Source: Bdellovibrionota bacterium (lineage in GTDB: Bacteria > Bdellovibrionota > Bdellovibrionia > Bdellovibrionales > Bdellovibrionaceae). Taken from it: a stretch of 64,000 nt of DNA. Shown in pieces: positions 28,988-39,850 of the stretch. Every line of letters begins with the position of its first letter. Positions within the stretch are counted from its first letter, which is position 1. The stretch lies in the NCBI GenBank assembly GCA_052034855.1, contig JBPOIE010000023.1:13534-77533 (forward strand), written 5' to 3'. Below the pieces are notes generated by a model. It ran no database searches and was not told the DNA's origin. It saw only the letters and a list, made by a program, of their open reading frames with translations. The position numbers and the translations under genes were made by a program.

Positions 28988-31900
28988 ATGAACAAAACGA
29001 GCATAACAACAAAGGGATTACTGCTGATGAAGGTTTTAGTCACACTGGCTATTGTCAGTTCGTGTACGAAAAACAGAGTTGCAGAACTACCTGAAGATAC
29101 GGCACCTAACGTCTATGAAATAGCCATGTTTGGATCGCCTGATGAGAACTCTTCATTTGTAGCTTCAAAAGACGAAGTTTCTGCAGCTTCAGATAATGAG
29201 CTCAGAGTCTTAGATTTAAATCAAGCTGGCAAATTATCAGCGGATGAGGTTTCTGTCCCAGCACGCGTCAAGTTCATGTTCGATAAACTCCCAATGACGA
29301 GTCAAACGACGAAACAGTTTAAAATTACATTTTCTGTCGATAAAAATAATATCACTGCATACAAAGTTGCAAGCTCTGCAAAAGACTTAAATGCCATCGA
29401 AAGAAGTTTAGCCATTTCTGCACGCGAGGCCAAATTATTAGTTAAATTATCTCGTGCACAAAAAACTGAATTAAAGGCATTAGCAAGTGAGCAAAAAGTT
29501 GCTGCTGTTGAAAGAGAAAAAATTAAAGCTGGTCAAGCTGTCGGTGCATTATTAGTCCCAATGTTTAAATATGAAATTGCAGGTTATGGCGTTTTAGAAA
29601 GAACTAAAAACGAACTCAAAGAAGAAACTGCTGTTTTACGTCTGAAAGAAACTGACTGGTCAAAAGCAACTCATATCCAAATCAATTCACGTACTGATTC
29701 ACGTAAAGTGGTAGGAATGGATGCGAGTCAAGCCAAGGCAATGAATCAATTATTTAAAGAAGATAAAATTGATAAACGCTTAACAACAGCTGGTGAATTA
29801 GCGACTGATTTAAAAGTTGGTTTAAAATTTTTAGATGCAAAAACTCAAGTGATGACAAAGTTATCTGCGGGATCACTTCTCATTTATGAAGTCAGCGATG
29901 TTTCAAAATTAACTGATGAACAAGCACGTATCTATAAAGCTGGTGGATCATCAGGACGCGTTGTTTCTTGTTCTGATATCGAAGTGAAAGACGTTGTTAA
30001 ATCAACAAGCGCAACTTGCGTTGTCGTTCTTGTTGCTGACGTTCCTGTCGCTTATAAAAAATTAGAACTTTCTTTAACTGATGTGAATGGCACAACGTCA
30101 TCAAACGTTGAATCAAAAGATGTTCCAAAATCACAAAGCGTAGGACTTGTTGAAATTTTAGAGAACACGAAAGCAAATCAACGTGAAGTAACTGGGCTTC
30201 TAGATCCAGACAGTTCAATTAAAATTTCTGATCTGCAAGGTGAATTCATGTTCCGTCGTACTTTTGAAGATGCTGCGACGACATTCTTAGGTCGCACGGG
30301 AACTTCGGGTGATATGGCTTTAGTCAAATTTGAACTTGAAAACGACCGCTTGGTTGTCAGAAATCAGTTGTCTTTATTAGCTTACACAGGTCAAGGCGCT
30401 AAAGACCGTGAAGAAATTATGTCGATTCCAGTCAAGTACTACTACTCGACTCGTCAAGATGCTCACGGAAGTGACTTAGTTTTAGGTTCATTGATTGAAA
30501 CCACAAAAGATAAAGCGAACTACATCAAATTAGATTGGACTCAAAACGCTATTCCAGACTCTTCGTCTCCATTAGCATTTTTCGATGCTGGCAGTTGCTT
30601 CATGGCGACGTCTTCTAAAAAAGTGACTCATACTGATATGCGTTTAGCAAATGAAGGTGTCCTTAATTTCTCAATCAGCAGTTCCCACACCGTGAACCCT
30701 AATTGCGCAACAATGAAGGATGTGAACTCAGCTTATTGGGCTGGTTCAATGCAATTGAATTTTAACGTCTTAGAACGTATTTCATTTGTTAAACGCACGA
30801 ATACTGATACAGATAAACAATTTTCTCAAAATATTTCGTTCATGGCTCAAGAAGCTTTCAACTTTGGTGTATTCACATTAGCTGACAAAGTGAATGAAAA
30901 TGGATCTTTTTCGAATCGTGATGGCAGTGAAAAATACATGCCTATGATTCACGATTTACGTAACGGTAAAACAATGAAGTGGTACCTAGGTGGTATCAAC
31001 GATAAAACAGCGACTGATCCAGAACGACGTCAATTATTAATCGAAGCGACTCAACAAGTCGTTGCTGAATGGAATAAAACATTCGCTATTTCGATGAAGG
31101 GAACTTCACTTGAGCGTAGCGGTGATTACATCGAATTAGTGATCGAAGACGCTGGAAAAGAAACAGGTCGTCTTGGTGATTTAAATCGCAACTATATCTG
31201 GTTGAATGAAATTCCTGCTGATAACGGATTACTAGGTGTCGCGCAACCTGCTGCGAACCCACGTTCGGGAGTTATTGAATCTGCAAACGTGATCGTTTAC
31301 ACAGGAAATACTTTTGAACAAACTCAAATCTTGTTAAAAATGACGGAATTGTCTCGTAAATACGAGAAAATGATCGAAGAGTTAAAGAAACAAGCCATTG
31401 CAGAAGCAATAAAGAAGAAAGAAGTTGTTTCTACTCAAACTGAATCAGTGAAAGCAGAAAACAAAGATGCGAACAAAAAAACAGTTCAAAAAATTTCTCA
31501 ATTAGGTCATAAGAACAAAGCTTACCTCGCTAACTTGGTAAAGTACTTCGAATTAGAAAATAAAAATGTTAAAAAAGCCATCCAAGGTATGGCTATGGGT
31601 CAAAGTGCTGAGCAATTAAAGCGAGTTTTAAATAAAGATACTTTTAAATCGAGTATCAAATCAGAAAAAATTCAATTGCCAACGAATTCAATGACTTTGT
31701 CTAAAAAAATGACTGACCTTGCGATGAATAAAAAATTAACTCAAAATGAGCGTGAGTTTGAATTGAAATTAAATGATTTATTCTTAAGCCACGGTTCTTT
31801 ATCAGATGACGTGAAAGCAATTATCAACAAACGCCAACAAATGTTAGCTTTATCAGTTCAATTTGATAAGTCGACACAAAATCGCCCAGGTTGTTTCAGA

Positions 31901-34114
31901 TATTCTCGTAATGACATCAATGACGAAGCTTTAGCGTTAGATGCTGATCCTCGTAAAAATTTGATGTTGAACTTTAAACAAGCTGTGATGAGCACGTTGT
32001 CTCATGAATTAGGTCATGCATTTGGCTTAATGCATAACTTCACGGCTTCAACGGATAAAGCGAATTACGAATTTAAAGGTGAAGAAACTGGTCGAAATTA
32101 TTCATCGATCATGGATTACATCAGTGATATCGATCAACAGTACGCTGGTCCTGGTCCTTATGATGCTCATGCGATTCGTGCAGCTTACACAGGTTATGTT
32201 GAATTGAGTGATGAAGTTTTAAAAAATGAAAAACAAATGGGTGCAATTAAGACAGCAAAAATCAATTTGATCAATGGTTCGATGATTCATATCAATGATT
32301 TAGTTCGATTGATGGGTGCAAATTCATTTGTTCACTTTACTAAAGAAACTTTAAACAAAGCTGGAATCGTTAAACATTATGCTCAATGTAGCGACGGAGG
32401 AACTTTAACTTCAATTATGTGTAATCGCTTTGATACTGGTGGATCGGCAAAAGAAATCGTTCAAAATATGATTGCTGATTATACTCGTTCATATGCAAAC
32501 AGAAACTATGTTTATGACAAGATTTTATTTGGATGGCCGCAAAAAATCCAAGTGATCTCTCGAAACATTCAAACATTTTCACAGATTCGCGCATTCCTTG
32601 ATGAAACAATTATGACGGCGATTTACGGATCTGGACGTCCTGACAACGTGAACGAAGCGATTATGCAGGATCAAGTGATGGCATCTATGGAAGGTTATAA
32701 ATTTTTCCATGAAGTCATTCGAACTCCAGAAACGTCTTCGAGCTTTTCTGATGTTAATAATCGTTTCTTTGCTGTCCCTTACCAATACGAAGCAATGACT
32801 ACGGATGCATCTGGAGCTCAGACAAAAACAGTGAAAGATGATGTTAAAATTGTAGAAGCACGTTCACTGTATGACGTCGGAATGTCTCGCGATAAAATTG
32901 ATACAATCGGTATCGGCTATGATAAAATTTTTGCGATGAATTTTTTAATGCAAACAACGACGGCTTTTGGAACTGACGATAGCCAACAAGGTTTTATCTC
33001 TTACAAAGATTTCGAACAGTTTTTCTTAGGTGTGACGGATCCAAAAGATTCACTGACAGTGAATACAATGGCTGAAATCTTAACTGAGAACTTGCAAGTA
33101 GCATTCTTTGCTCCGAACGGTCAATTAGTGAATATGAATGCCCCGGTGGAAGTGAATAAATCATTAGGTGATCAAACGGCTCTTGCTGCAATCGTTGGAT
33201 TATCTGAGTCAAAATGGAAAGCATTTGATTCATTTGCTGAAAGTTTCAAAATGGCTCGCGCGACAGTGAAAAACGCACCGAAAGATCGTTTAAATATCAC
33301 TCGTCTTGGCCAAGATCGTTCAAAGTCAGATACAACTGTTTACTTTGCAACTCAGAATGGTGTTGCTGCAAACGTAATTATCCAACAAGCTGCGATGGGT
33401 GATACATTATTATCAAACCAAAAAGATCTGTTTCAGTTATTATCAGATTCAATGACGGCTGACACAGGCTTTATGGACAAGATCAATGCGGCACGAGATG
33501 CAGCATGTACAACAAATGATGATGGCTCACTGAAAGATGAAGCTGGTTGTAATGCGGCATATGCGAAACCGGTGGCTGACTATATTAAAGAAGATGCTAC
33601 TCTTGTTGCGCCGAAACAAAAAGCCGACAATGTTGCTAAAAAACTTGTGAACAAAATTCGACAGTTGAACGCTCAAGGTGCGATCATGCCAAAAGAGCTA
33701 GATAAACCTGAAGCTAAAACAAATTTTGTGATGCAAGTTGAAACGGTTCGTTCGTTCATGAATGATCAAATGACATTGTTATTGTCATTGAAGAAAGAAC
33801 TTGAAAAAGCACCGGCTGAAAACTTAAATCAAACGATCCAAACGGTATTACAAATCATTGGTCAAGTTCGTCAGCAAAATGATCAATTGTCAGCAATGCC
33901 ATTGGTCGCATACACACAATCATTTTTAATTGAGGCTTCAAAAACAGTGAAAATCAAATTGGCATCTGGTGACGAGTTAACTGGTGAAGTTTTGATGACT
34001 CGTATGATGAATGGATCAAAAATCCAGAACTCTCACGAAAAGATCGTTGATGTCATCGACAAATTAACTCAGTTTTCACGATTTGTTGATCCTGACTTAA
34101 TTGTTACAAAGTAA
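28988..34114 (+). CDS. Giant (1708 aa) lipoprotein zinc metalloprotease, Met-zincin
   Basis: Lipobox AIVSSC, HELGHAFGLMH, Met-turn SSIMDY; NPRSGVIESANV parallels DPKTGEIISART of protease 1; GAGGGAG SD. Confidence 0.85.
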   Translation: MNKTSITTKGLLLMKVLVTLAIVSSCTKNRVAELPEDTAPNVYEIAMFGSPDENSSFVASKDEVSAASDNELRVLDLNQAGKLSADEVSVPARVKFMFDKLPMTSQTTKQFKITFSVDKNNITAYKVASSAKDLNAIERSLAISAREAKLLVKLSRAQKTELKALASEQKVAAVEREKIKAGQAVGALLVPMFKYEIAGYGVLERTKNELKEETAVLRLKETDWSKATHIQINSRTDSRKVVGMDASQAKAMNQLFKEDKIDKRLTTAGELATDLKVGLKFLDAKTQVMTKLSAGSLLIYEVSDVSKLTDEQARIYKAGGSSGRVVSCSDIEVKDVVKSTSATCVVVLVADVPVAYKKLELSLTDVNGTTSSNVESKDVPKSQSVGLVEILENTKANQREVTGLLDPDSSIKISDLQGEFMFRRTFEDAATTFLGRTGTSGDMALVKFELENDRLVVRNQLSLLAYTGQGAKDREEIMSIPVKYYYSTRQDAHGSDLVLGSLIETTKDKANYIKLDWTQNAIPDSSSPLAFFDAGSCFMATSSKKVTHTDMRLANEGVLNFSISSSHTVNPNCATMKDVNSAYWAGSMQLNFNVLERISFVKRTNTDTDKQFSQNISFMAQEAFNFGVFTLADKVNENGSFSNRDGSEKYMPMIHDLRNGKTMKWYLGGINDKTATDPERRQLLIEATQQVVAEWNKTFAISMKGTSLERSGDYIELVIEDAGKETGRLGDLNRNYIWLNEIPADNGLLGVAQPAANPRSGVIESANVIVYTGNTFEQTQILLKMTELSRKYEKMIEELKKQAIAEAIKKKEVVSTQTESVKAENKDANKKTVQKISQLGHKNKAYLANLVKYFELENKNVKKAIQGMAMGQSAEQLKRVLNKDTFKSSIKSEKIQLPTNSMTLSKKMTDLAMNKKLTQNEREFELKLNDLFLSHGSLSDDVKAIINKRQQMLALSVQFDKSTQNRPGCFRYSRNDINDEALALDADPRKNLMLNFKQAVMSTLSHELGHAFGLMHNFTASTDKANYEFKGEETGRNYSSIMDYISDIDQQYAGPGPYDAHAIRAAYTGYVELSDEVLKNEKQMGAIKTAKINLINGSMIHINDLVRLMGANSFVHFTKETLNKAGIVKHYAQCSDGGTLTSIMCNRFDTGGSAKEIVQNMIADYTRSYANRNYVYDKILFGWPQKIQVISRNIQTFSQIRAFLDETIMTAIYGSGRPDNVNEAIMQDQVMASMEGYKFFHEVIRTPETSSSFSDVNNRFFAVPYQYEAMTTDASGAQTKTVKDDVKIVEARSLYDVGMSRDKIDTIGIGYDKIFAMNFLMQTTTAFGTDDSQQGFISYKDFEQFFLGVTDPKDSLTVNTMAEILTENLQVAFFAPNGQLVNMNAPVEVNKSLGDQTALAAIVGLSESKWKAFDSFAESFKMARATVKNAPKDRLNITRLGQDRSKSDTTVYFATQNGVAANVIIQQAAMGDTLLSNQKDLFQLLSDSMTADTGFMDKINAARDAACTTNDDGSLKDEAGCNAAYAKPVADYIKEDATLVAPKQKADNVAKKLVNKIRQLNAQGAIMPKELDKPEAKTNFVMQVETVRSFMNDQMTLLLSLKKELEKAPAENLNQTIQTVLQIIGQVRQQNDQLSAMPLVAYTQSFLIEASKTVKIKLASGDELTGEVLMTRMMNGSKIQNSHEKIVDVIDKLTQFSRFVDPDLIVTK

Positions 34115-34137
34115 TTTTAAGCTCAAGTAAAACTTTG

Positions 34138-34169
34138 AAAGGGTTTCTGGAAACAGAAACCCTTTTTTT
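34138..34169. terminator. Bidirectional intrinsic terminator between protease 2 and addA
   Basis: AAAGGGTTTCTG-GAAA-CAGAAACCCTTT with a T7 run, between convergent genes. Confidence 0.9.
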
Positions 34170-37100
34170 ATTTTAAATCCAACTCTTTGAAGTCCACAAT
34201 TTTCTGAAACACTTTTTCTTCAACTGGATAGAGAACACCTAAAACCACTTGATGATCGACATTAATGAATTTCATTTCTTTCAAGCAACTGGCGTAAAAT
34301 CGTAATTGCTCAAAAGCACTTTCGACATGATCCGACGTCCCCGTTTTATAATCTAAGACGTAGACTTTATTTGCTAAAATTCCCCACGCATCAATCTGAC
34401 CTTGGATCATCTTTGATTGATCATTGTTTTTAACTTGCAGACCAAATCCCCATTCGACATGACCTTGCTCTAAAATTTCAGACAAAGGAATTTCAGTTTG
34501 AGCGATCAAATAATCTAAATACCGACTGGTTTTTTCTGTCGTCCATGATTTGACGTCTTGGAGTGAGTTGTACTTCAAAGATTCAAACAACTTGTGTAAA
34601 TCTGTCCCCGTTTTTGCTTTCATGAGATTTTGGACAAATTGATTTGAGATAACAGTTTGCTTAGAATATTTAGCTTTAGCAATTCTTTCAGTCACAGACT
34701 CTGCTGAGTCTTCTACCGATGATAAAATTTGGAAGGGCTCTTTTATCTCAGATTTGAACTTATCTCTTAATGGCAAGACGACGGGTTCAGAATCGTCACG
34801 TAAAGACAGAACAGTATAGTCTGCGCTAGGAAATTCTCCGATCTCAGGCCATTTTGACTTTGCAAACCACGTCGTTGATAAATTCTTTTTCTTGTCTTCG
34901 GCGATTAAGGAAATCGAAGTCATTGCTCGTGTCATTGCCACATACAGCAAGCGTTCGCTTTCGGCATGTTCACGTTGATTAAATTGTTGTCTGATTGATT
35001 GTGACCAAAAACTATTTTTTATTTGAGAATCTTCTGCTGAAAAAACTCCTAAATTATACAGTCCGCGATCTTCATCTTTAGCCAGTGGCATGATCGTTGT
35101 GACATTTGGTTGATCCTTCATTCCGATGACGATCACGTGCGGGAATTGTAAACCTTTGGCATTATGAATAGTCATCAAATTCACTCGCTCTGGAGAAGTC
35201 ACTGGCTGAGCTTCCGAAAGGTTACTTCCTAGATCAGATTGTAAACTTGAAAACTGGTTCGTTAGATATTCATTCAGGTGAAAACTTTTATGATTCATTT
35301 GATCACGTAGGTTCTGAATGAATTTCCAAATGTTCGCTTCTTTTTTCCCCGTCGCGTCCAAGTACTCGCAAGATTCAAGCATTTTCGAATTAGAAATGAA
35401 GTCTTTCGTCGTCTGCAAAATGCCCTGATCATTCATTTGAGATAAATATTTTTGCAATACGAAAATGTCAGGATGATTTGAGGTCTTTAATTGCACCCAA
35501 AGATGAGGTTCTTTTGAATTCTGACGAAATCCGACTAGTTCCGGGTCAGTCATCAAAAACCAAGGGCTACGTAAAAGTTGAATTAAATTTTCAGTGTCAT
35601 AAGGATTCACTAAAAATCTGACAAATGAAACCAAATCTAAAATTTCGCGCCGATCATCAAAGCCTGCTGCCACCATCAACTGGACCGGAACGTTATATTT
35701 CCCCGCCTCTTGCGCCAGATTCATCAATGATGAATTCTTTTTACTTAAGACACAAATATCTGAGGCTTGGGCACCGAGCTGAATCAGTTTTTGTATATGA
35801 ACTAGCGCAGCTAAAGTTTCATTTTGTGATTGAATGTAATAGGCCTCAGAAAATTGTTTGTCCGTCTGACTGTCCTCAGGCTTGTGGTCCATGGGTTCAA
35901 AGGCTGTCGAAAAATCAGTAAAAAATTGATTCATGAACTTCATCAGACTTGGACGCGAACGATAATTCGTATTTAAGCGAAGGTTTTCGTAATTTCCTTG
36001 AAGAGCTTGTGATTGCTTAGATAAAAAGACTTCGGAACGAGCGCCGCGAAACAGATAAATACTTTGCTGAGGATCACCAACGATAAAATGAGGACGATTC
36101 CCAATAAATTGATTCAATATTTGCAATTGCAAAGGAGACGTATCCTGGAATTCATCAATCATAAAATAATCAAACTCTTCAGAAAAAAGACGCGCTTTTT
36201 CCGGAGATTTTTTCAGAATTTGTAGGCTCAATGTTTCTAAATCAGAAATTGTGATTTCATTTTTAAAACGACGTGCCGCCTTGATTTTTTCCGAAAACTG
36301 GATCTGCAAACGATGAAATAGTTCATTGATACGGTGATTTTCAGAGATATATTCATCCGTATCCAGTTGATTTAATATGGCTTTAGCACCCGAAATATAT
36401 TTTTGCATTTCTTCATGCAGTTCAGGATCAAATGCTGGTTTTTCTGTACTAAATCTCTGTTTTGACGGCAACTCATCAGAAATCTGAAGCGCAAGCTCTA
36501 AATTTTTTTGTATTAACGCTTGTCGAATCAATCCGAGCTGCTGGAAATACTCAAACCAACCTTTTCCAGTCGGTGTTGGAAGTTCGGTCAATGTCTCTAT
36601 TAAAGAAATAATTCGAGCAAATTCTTTTTGTCTTCGTTGAGTCAGATCCTCGGCCGTAACAAAAGAAATTGCACTGTGCTGATTTGAAAATTCAAAAGTT
36701 TTATCCAAATGATCTAACAAATTTTGAAAGGAATAATGTTCTAAAAGCTCAACAAAATCGGTATTAGATTTAAAAATAGATTTTAATTCTTTAAAATTTT
36801 GTTTTCTAATTTGTTCTTTATCTAAAACTTTAAAATCCGAAGAAAGACCCACATCATCTTGGTATTGATTCAAAAATAAACCTAAAACTCCGTGAATCGT
36901 CGAAATATGAACAAATGATTTCTTATTGATATACGCAAACAAATCTTGATCATTCAATTCAAGGGCTTTGACCAAAAGTCGTTCTTTGATTTCTTGAGTC
37001 GATTTACGAGTGAAAGTTGTTAATACAACTTTCGGGTATCGCTGATACTGAGATTTGAACTTTTGAACAAAATCGATAAAAGTTGAAATAAGCCGAGTCG

Positions 37101-37176
37101 TTTTACCAGCTCCTGCACCGGCTCTTATAAAGAGATTAGGATAGTTGAATTTTAGTTCAGGTGGGGGGCTCGACAT
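34168..37176 (-). CDS. addA: AddA-type helicase/nuclease
   Basis: Walker A AGAGAGKT, IDEFQDTS, VGDPQQSIYLFRGA, MTIHNAKGLQF, LYVAMTRA, nuclease GQID..LDYKTG. ATG 37176 has a GGAGG SD. Confidence 0.88.
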   Translation of the reverse strand: MSSPPPELKFNYPNLFIRAGAGAGKTTRLISTFIDFVQKFKSQYQRYPKVVLTTFTRKSTQEIKERLLVKALELNDQDLFAYINKKSFVHISTIHGVLGLFLNQYQDDVGLSSDFKVLDKEQIRKQNFKELKSIFKSNTDFVELLEHYSFQNLLDHLDKTFEFSNQHSAISFVTAEDLTQRRQKEFARIISLIETLTELPTPTGKGWFEYFQQLGLIRQALIQKNLELALQISDELPSKQRFSTEKPAFDPELHEEMQKYISGAKAILNQLDTDEYISENHRINELFHRLQIQFSEKIKAARRFKNEITISDLETLSLQILKKSPEKARLFSEEFDYFMIDEFQDTSPLQLQILNQFIGNRPHFIVGDPQQSIYLFRGARSEVFLSKQSQALQGNYENLRLNTNYRSRPSLMKFMNQFFTDFSTAFEPMDHKPEDSQTDKQFSEAYYIQSQNETLAALVHIQKLIQLGAQASDICVLSKKNSSLMNLAQEAGKYNVPVQLMVAAGFDDRREILDLVSFVRFLVNPYDTENLIQLLRSPWFLMTDPELVGFRQNSKEPHLWVQLKTSNHPDIFVLQKYLSQMNDQGILQTTKDFISNSKMLESCEYLDATGKKEANIWKFIQNLRDQMNHKSFHLNEYLTNQFSSLQSDLGSNLSEAQPVTSPERVNLMTIHNAKGLQFPHVIVIGMKDQPNVTTIMPLAKDEDRGLYNLGVFSAEDSQIKNSFWSQSIRQQFNQREHAESERLLYVAMTRAMTSISLIAEDKKKNLSTTWFAKSKWPEIGEFPSADYTVLSLRDDSEPVVLPLRDKFKSEIKEPFQILSSVEDSAESVTERIAKAKYSKQTVISNQFVQNLMKAKTGTDLHKLFESLKYNSLQDVKSWTTEKTSRYLDYLIAQTEIPLSEILEQGHVEWGFGLQVKNNDQSKMIQGQIDAWGILANKVYVLDYKTGTSDHVESAFEQLRFYASCLKEMKFINVDHQVVLGVLYPVEEKVFQKIVDFKELDLK

Positions 37177-39836
37177 AAGCGCCTCCAATCACAAGATGTG
37201 CAAATATCCTTATCAGCTGGACTTGCGGTGAAATCAAATGTTTTTAATTTCTGAAAGATTTCATTTAATACGGATTTAAAGTCTGACAGCAATGAGTCCA
37301 ATTGAGGTGTTTCGCATTTCATATTTTTTTTGACTTCAACTTGATCGTCGAACTGCACGTTGCCAACAACATAAAGACCCTTATTTACTTTTAACTTCTG
37401 GTAAAAATAGTAAACAGCCCCGCGAATATGAGAAATTTCAGATTTATCAGCCACGGCCAATAAATAAAACAGCATCTGGTATTCTTTTTCCGAAATCCAT
37501 TTATCATGATGATAATTATTTGCCGAATCGGTGCGTTTATAATCATAGATAATTTGATCGTTTGTTTTCGGATCCAAATCAATCCGATCTATCCGACCTT
37601 TGATTTGGAAATCTGCTAACGGCAAAACAAAATCAAGCTCAAGAATATGTTGAAGCGAATCTCCGCCAAGGCGTCCTTTTTCATATTCAGAGAATCGCAA
37701 TCCAATTTGGACGAATTTATTTTTTTGGATATTCCAAAATAAATCGTCATTCGGAAATAGATTTAAGGATCTTCGTATTTCCTCGAGATAAACTGCAATT
37801 TGATCGGGGCTCACAGTCTGATACAATTTATCCGCAATCAGATACTCAAACAGATCATGGGCTAAAGTTCCTTTTTGCATGTGATCTAAATCGACTGAAA
37901 CAACGGAATAATCACGCAGCTTGAATCCTTTCGAGGCGAGTAATTTAAAACCACACTTGGCATAATTGATGACATCAGTTCCTGAAATATCTGCGTTTAA
38001 GAAATTCGACACTGTATTTAATTTTGGAACTTTTTCAAAATAAACTTTAGCTCTTGGCTCCGGCTGAAACGCGGACTGCATCTGATCAAGACGAGTTTGT
38101 GGGTGAAAATAATGATCTGGTTTGTGATTATTTTCTAAAATAAAAATCGATGTATTTAAAGGTTCACCGCCCATGCTGACATGTGCACACGTAAAATACT
38201 GTTGTTCGCATTTTGAATTCGACAGCCAACGCAGATTAAACTCGTCATGACTTTCTTCGGGATATTGCAAAGGGAAATCAAATGTGTTTTTTAAAATTTC
38301 AATATCAGGTAATGGAATCAGATTTTTTGAACTACTTTGAAAGGCCGAGTCATCAAGGCCAAACCAAATACGATGTGTGATTTGATTTAAATAGACGGCA
38401 CCAAGATCTCGAATTTGAACCCCTTCAGAGTGAGGATTTTTAATTTTGATTTCTTTTCGACCTAACAAAGTCTTAAACAAATCAAACCAATCTGAAAAAT
38501 TAAACTTGTAATCTTTCGTTTTACTAATGAAATCTTTAACAATAATTTCGAGCATACTTTGAAAATCGGAAGTGTCATTTTTTAAAGATGACTTTCGTTG
38601 TTCTGAAACAATCTCGATCACTTTAGCCAAAAACTCATCGCGAGTGAGCGGTGTCTTAAGGTCAATTTTGCGATAGTACATTTTTTTAATTTGTTCATCT
38701 CGAGCGAGATCCTCAACATCAGTCAACTCAATGTACAAAGCTTTGAATTTTTCAAAATTTTTGACTTTCTCTTGAGAAACCGGGTCTTCAAATTTTTGTA
38801 CATAGCTGACTTCCAAATCCTCCCAACCCAATGCACTTGAATAGGATTGAATTTGAGCTATTAAATTTTGAAATCCTTGTGTTGCAATCAAACTGGTCAC
38901 TACCGATTTATCGACGGGAACACCTTCGATTTCTAAATGGGTTGAAAGACTTGGCCAATATTTTTCTACTTGTGGCGAGAGAAGCGCAATTTGATCTGGC
39001 CTAACACCCTGGTCTAACCACTGACGTACAGTTTGTGTCATCCATTTGACTTCGGCCAACTGAGTGGAAAGACGTAAGAACTGGCTTGGCTGAAGTGATT
39101 CACTGGCTATAGATGGACTTAATTTTTTATGCGTGCCTGCACCGTGATTCACTTTATAAGTATTTAATAAAAAATGATATTTTGCAGACCATGATGGACT
39201 CGGAACGATAATATAGATATCACATTTTTTTGAGAGACGGTTAAAAACACCCATTTCGACGGATGTCATTTCTGAACCTAAATCAAGAATCAGTGGTTTT
39301 GCATCGTTGATTTTTTCTAAGTCTAAACTTTGTAAAAACGATGAAATCCACCGGGCATCAATCATGTTTTGCTGCAAAATTAAATGCAGTGTGTATTTCG
39401 ATTTTAAATACCACTTATACCATTTGTGATTTTCAGTATTCAAATTATTGTCTTTGAACCACTCCATCAAACTTTCGTGATTTGAACTTAACAGTAGCGG
39501 TGCAAGTTGTTGAATAAAATAATGCAAAGTCGGAACTTCATGGATTTGCAAATCTAGATATGCATCCGTCATCGCTAAATGTTGAATATAGGTTTTTAAA
39601 AAATCAGAACTGGCCACCTGCATTTGTGGAGCAAGTCGTCGCAACCATATTTGCCAAAAATCACTGATACGTAAAACTTGATCATCGACGTAAAACTGAT
39701 TTTTGAGAAGACTCAAACGCTGAAGATCTTGTTTCGATTTTAAATCAGATACAATCCATCGATACGCATCGATCGGATATTCCGAAATGATATTCTGAAT
39801 TTGATTTGGATGCTCTACATGCAGGAAGGATAACAT
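37152..39836 (-). CDS. addB: AddB-type PD-(D/E)xK nuclease subunit with Fe-S staple
   Basis: C-terminal IKGRIDRID..IYDYK; cysteines in YAKC and CTSCDWRRLC; overlaps the addA start. Confidence 0.82.
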   Translation of the reverse strand: MLSFLHVEHPNQIQNIISEYPIDAYRWIVSDLKSKQDLQRLSLLKNQFYVDDQVLRISDFWQIWLRRLAPQMQVASSDFLKTYIQHLAMTDAYLDLQIHEVPTLHYFIQQLAPLLLSSNHESLMEWFKDNNLNTENHKWYKWYLKSKYTLHLILQQNMIDARWISSFLQSLDLEKINDAKPLILDLGSEMTSVEMGVFNRLSKKCDIYIIVPSPSWSAKYHFLLNTYKVNHGAGTHKKLSPSIASESLQPSQFLRLSTQLAEVKWMTQTVRQWLDQGVRPDQIALLSPQVEKYWPSLSTHLEIEGVPVDKSVVTSLIATQGFQNLIAQIQSYSSALGWEDLEVSYVQKFEDPVSQEKVKNFEKFKALYIELTDVEDLARDEQIKKMYYRKIDLKTPLTRDEFLAKVIEIVSEQRKSSLKNDTSDFQSMLEIIVKDFISKTKDYKFNFSDWFDLFKTLLGRKEIKIKNPHSEGVQIRDLGAVYLNQITHRIWFGLDDSAFQSSSKNLIPLPDIEILKNTFDFPLQYPEESHDEFNLRWLSNSKCEQQYFTCAHVSMGGEPLNTSIFILENNHKPDHYFHPQTRLDQMQSAFQPEPRAKVYFEKVPKLNTVSNFLNADISGTDVINYAKCGFKLLASKGFKLRDYSVVSVDLDHMQKGTLAHDLFEYLIADKLYQTVSPDQIAVYLEEIRRSLNLFPNDDLFWNIQKNKFVQIGLRFSEYEKGRLGGDSLQHILELDFVLPLADFQIKGRIDRIDLDPKTNDQIIYDYKRTDSANNYHHDKWISEKEYQMLFYLLAVADKSEISHIRGAVYYFYQKLKVNKGLYVVGNVQFDDQVEVKKNMKCETPQLDSLLSDFKSVLNEIFQKLKTFDFTASPADKDICTSCDWRRLCRAPHLN

Positions 39837-39850
39837 GCCTTAAGCATAGA

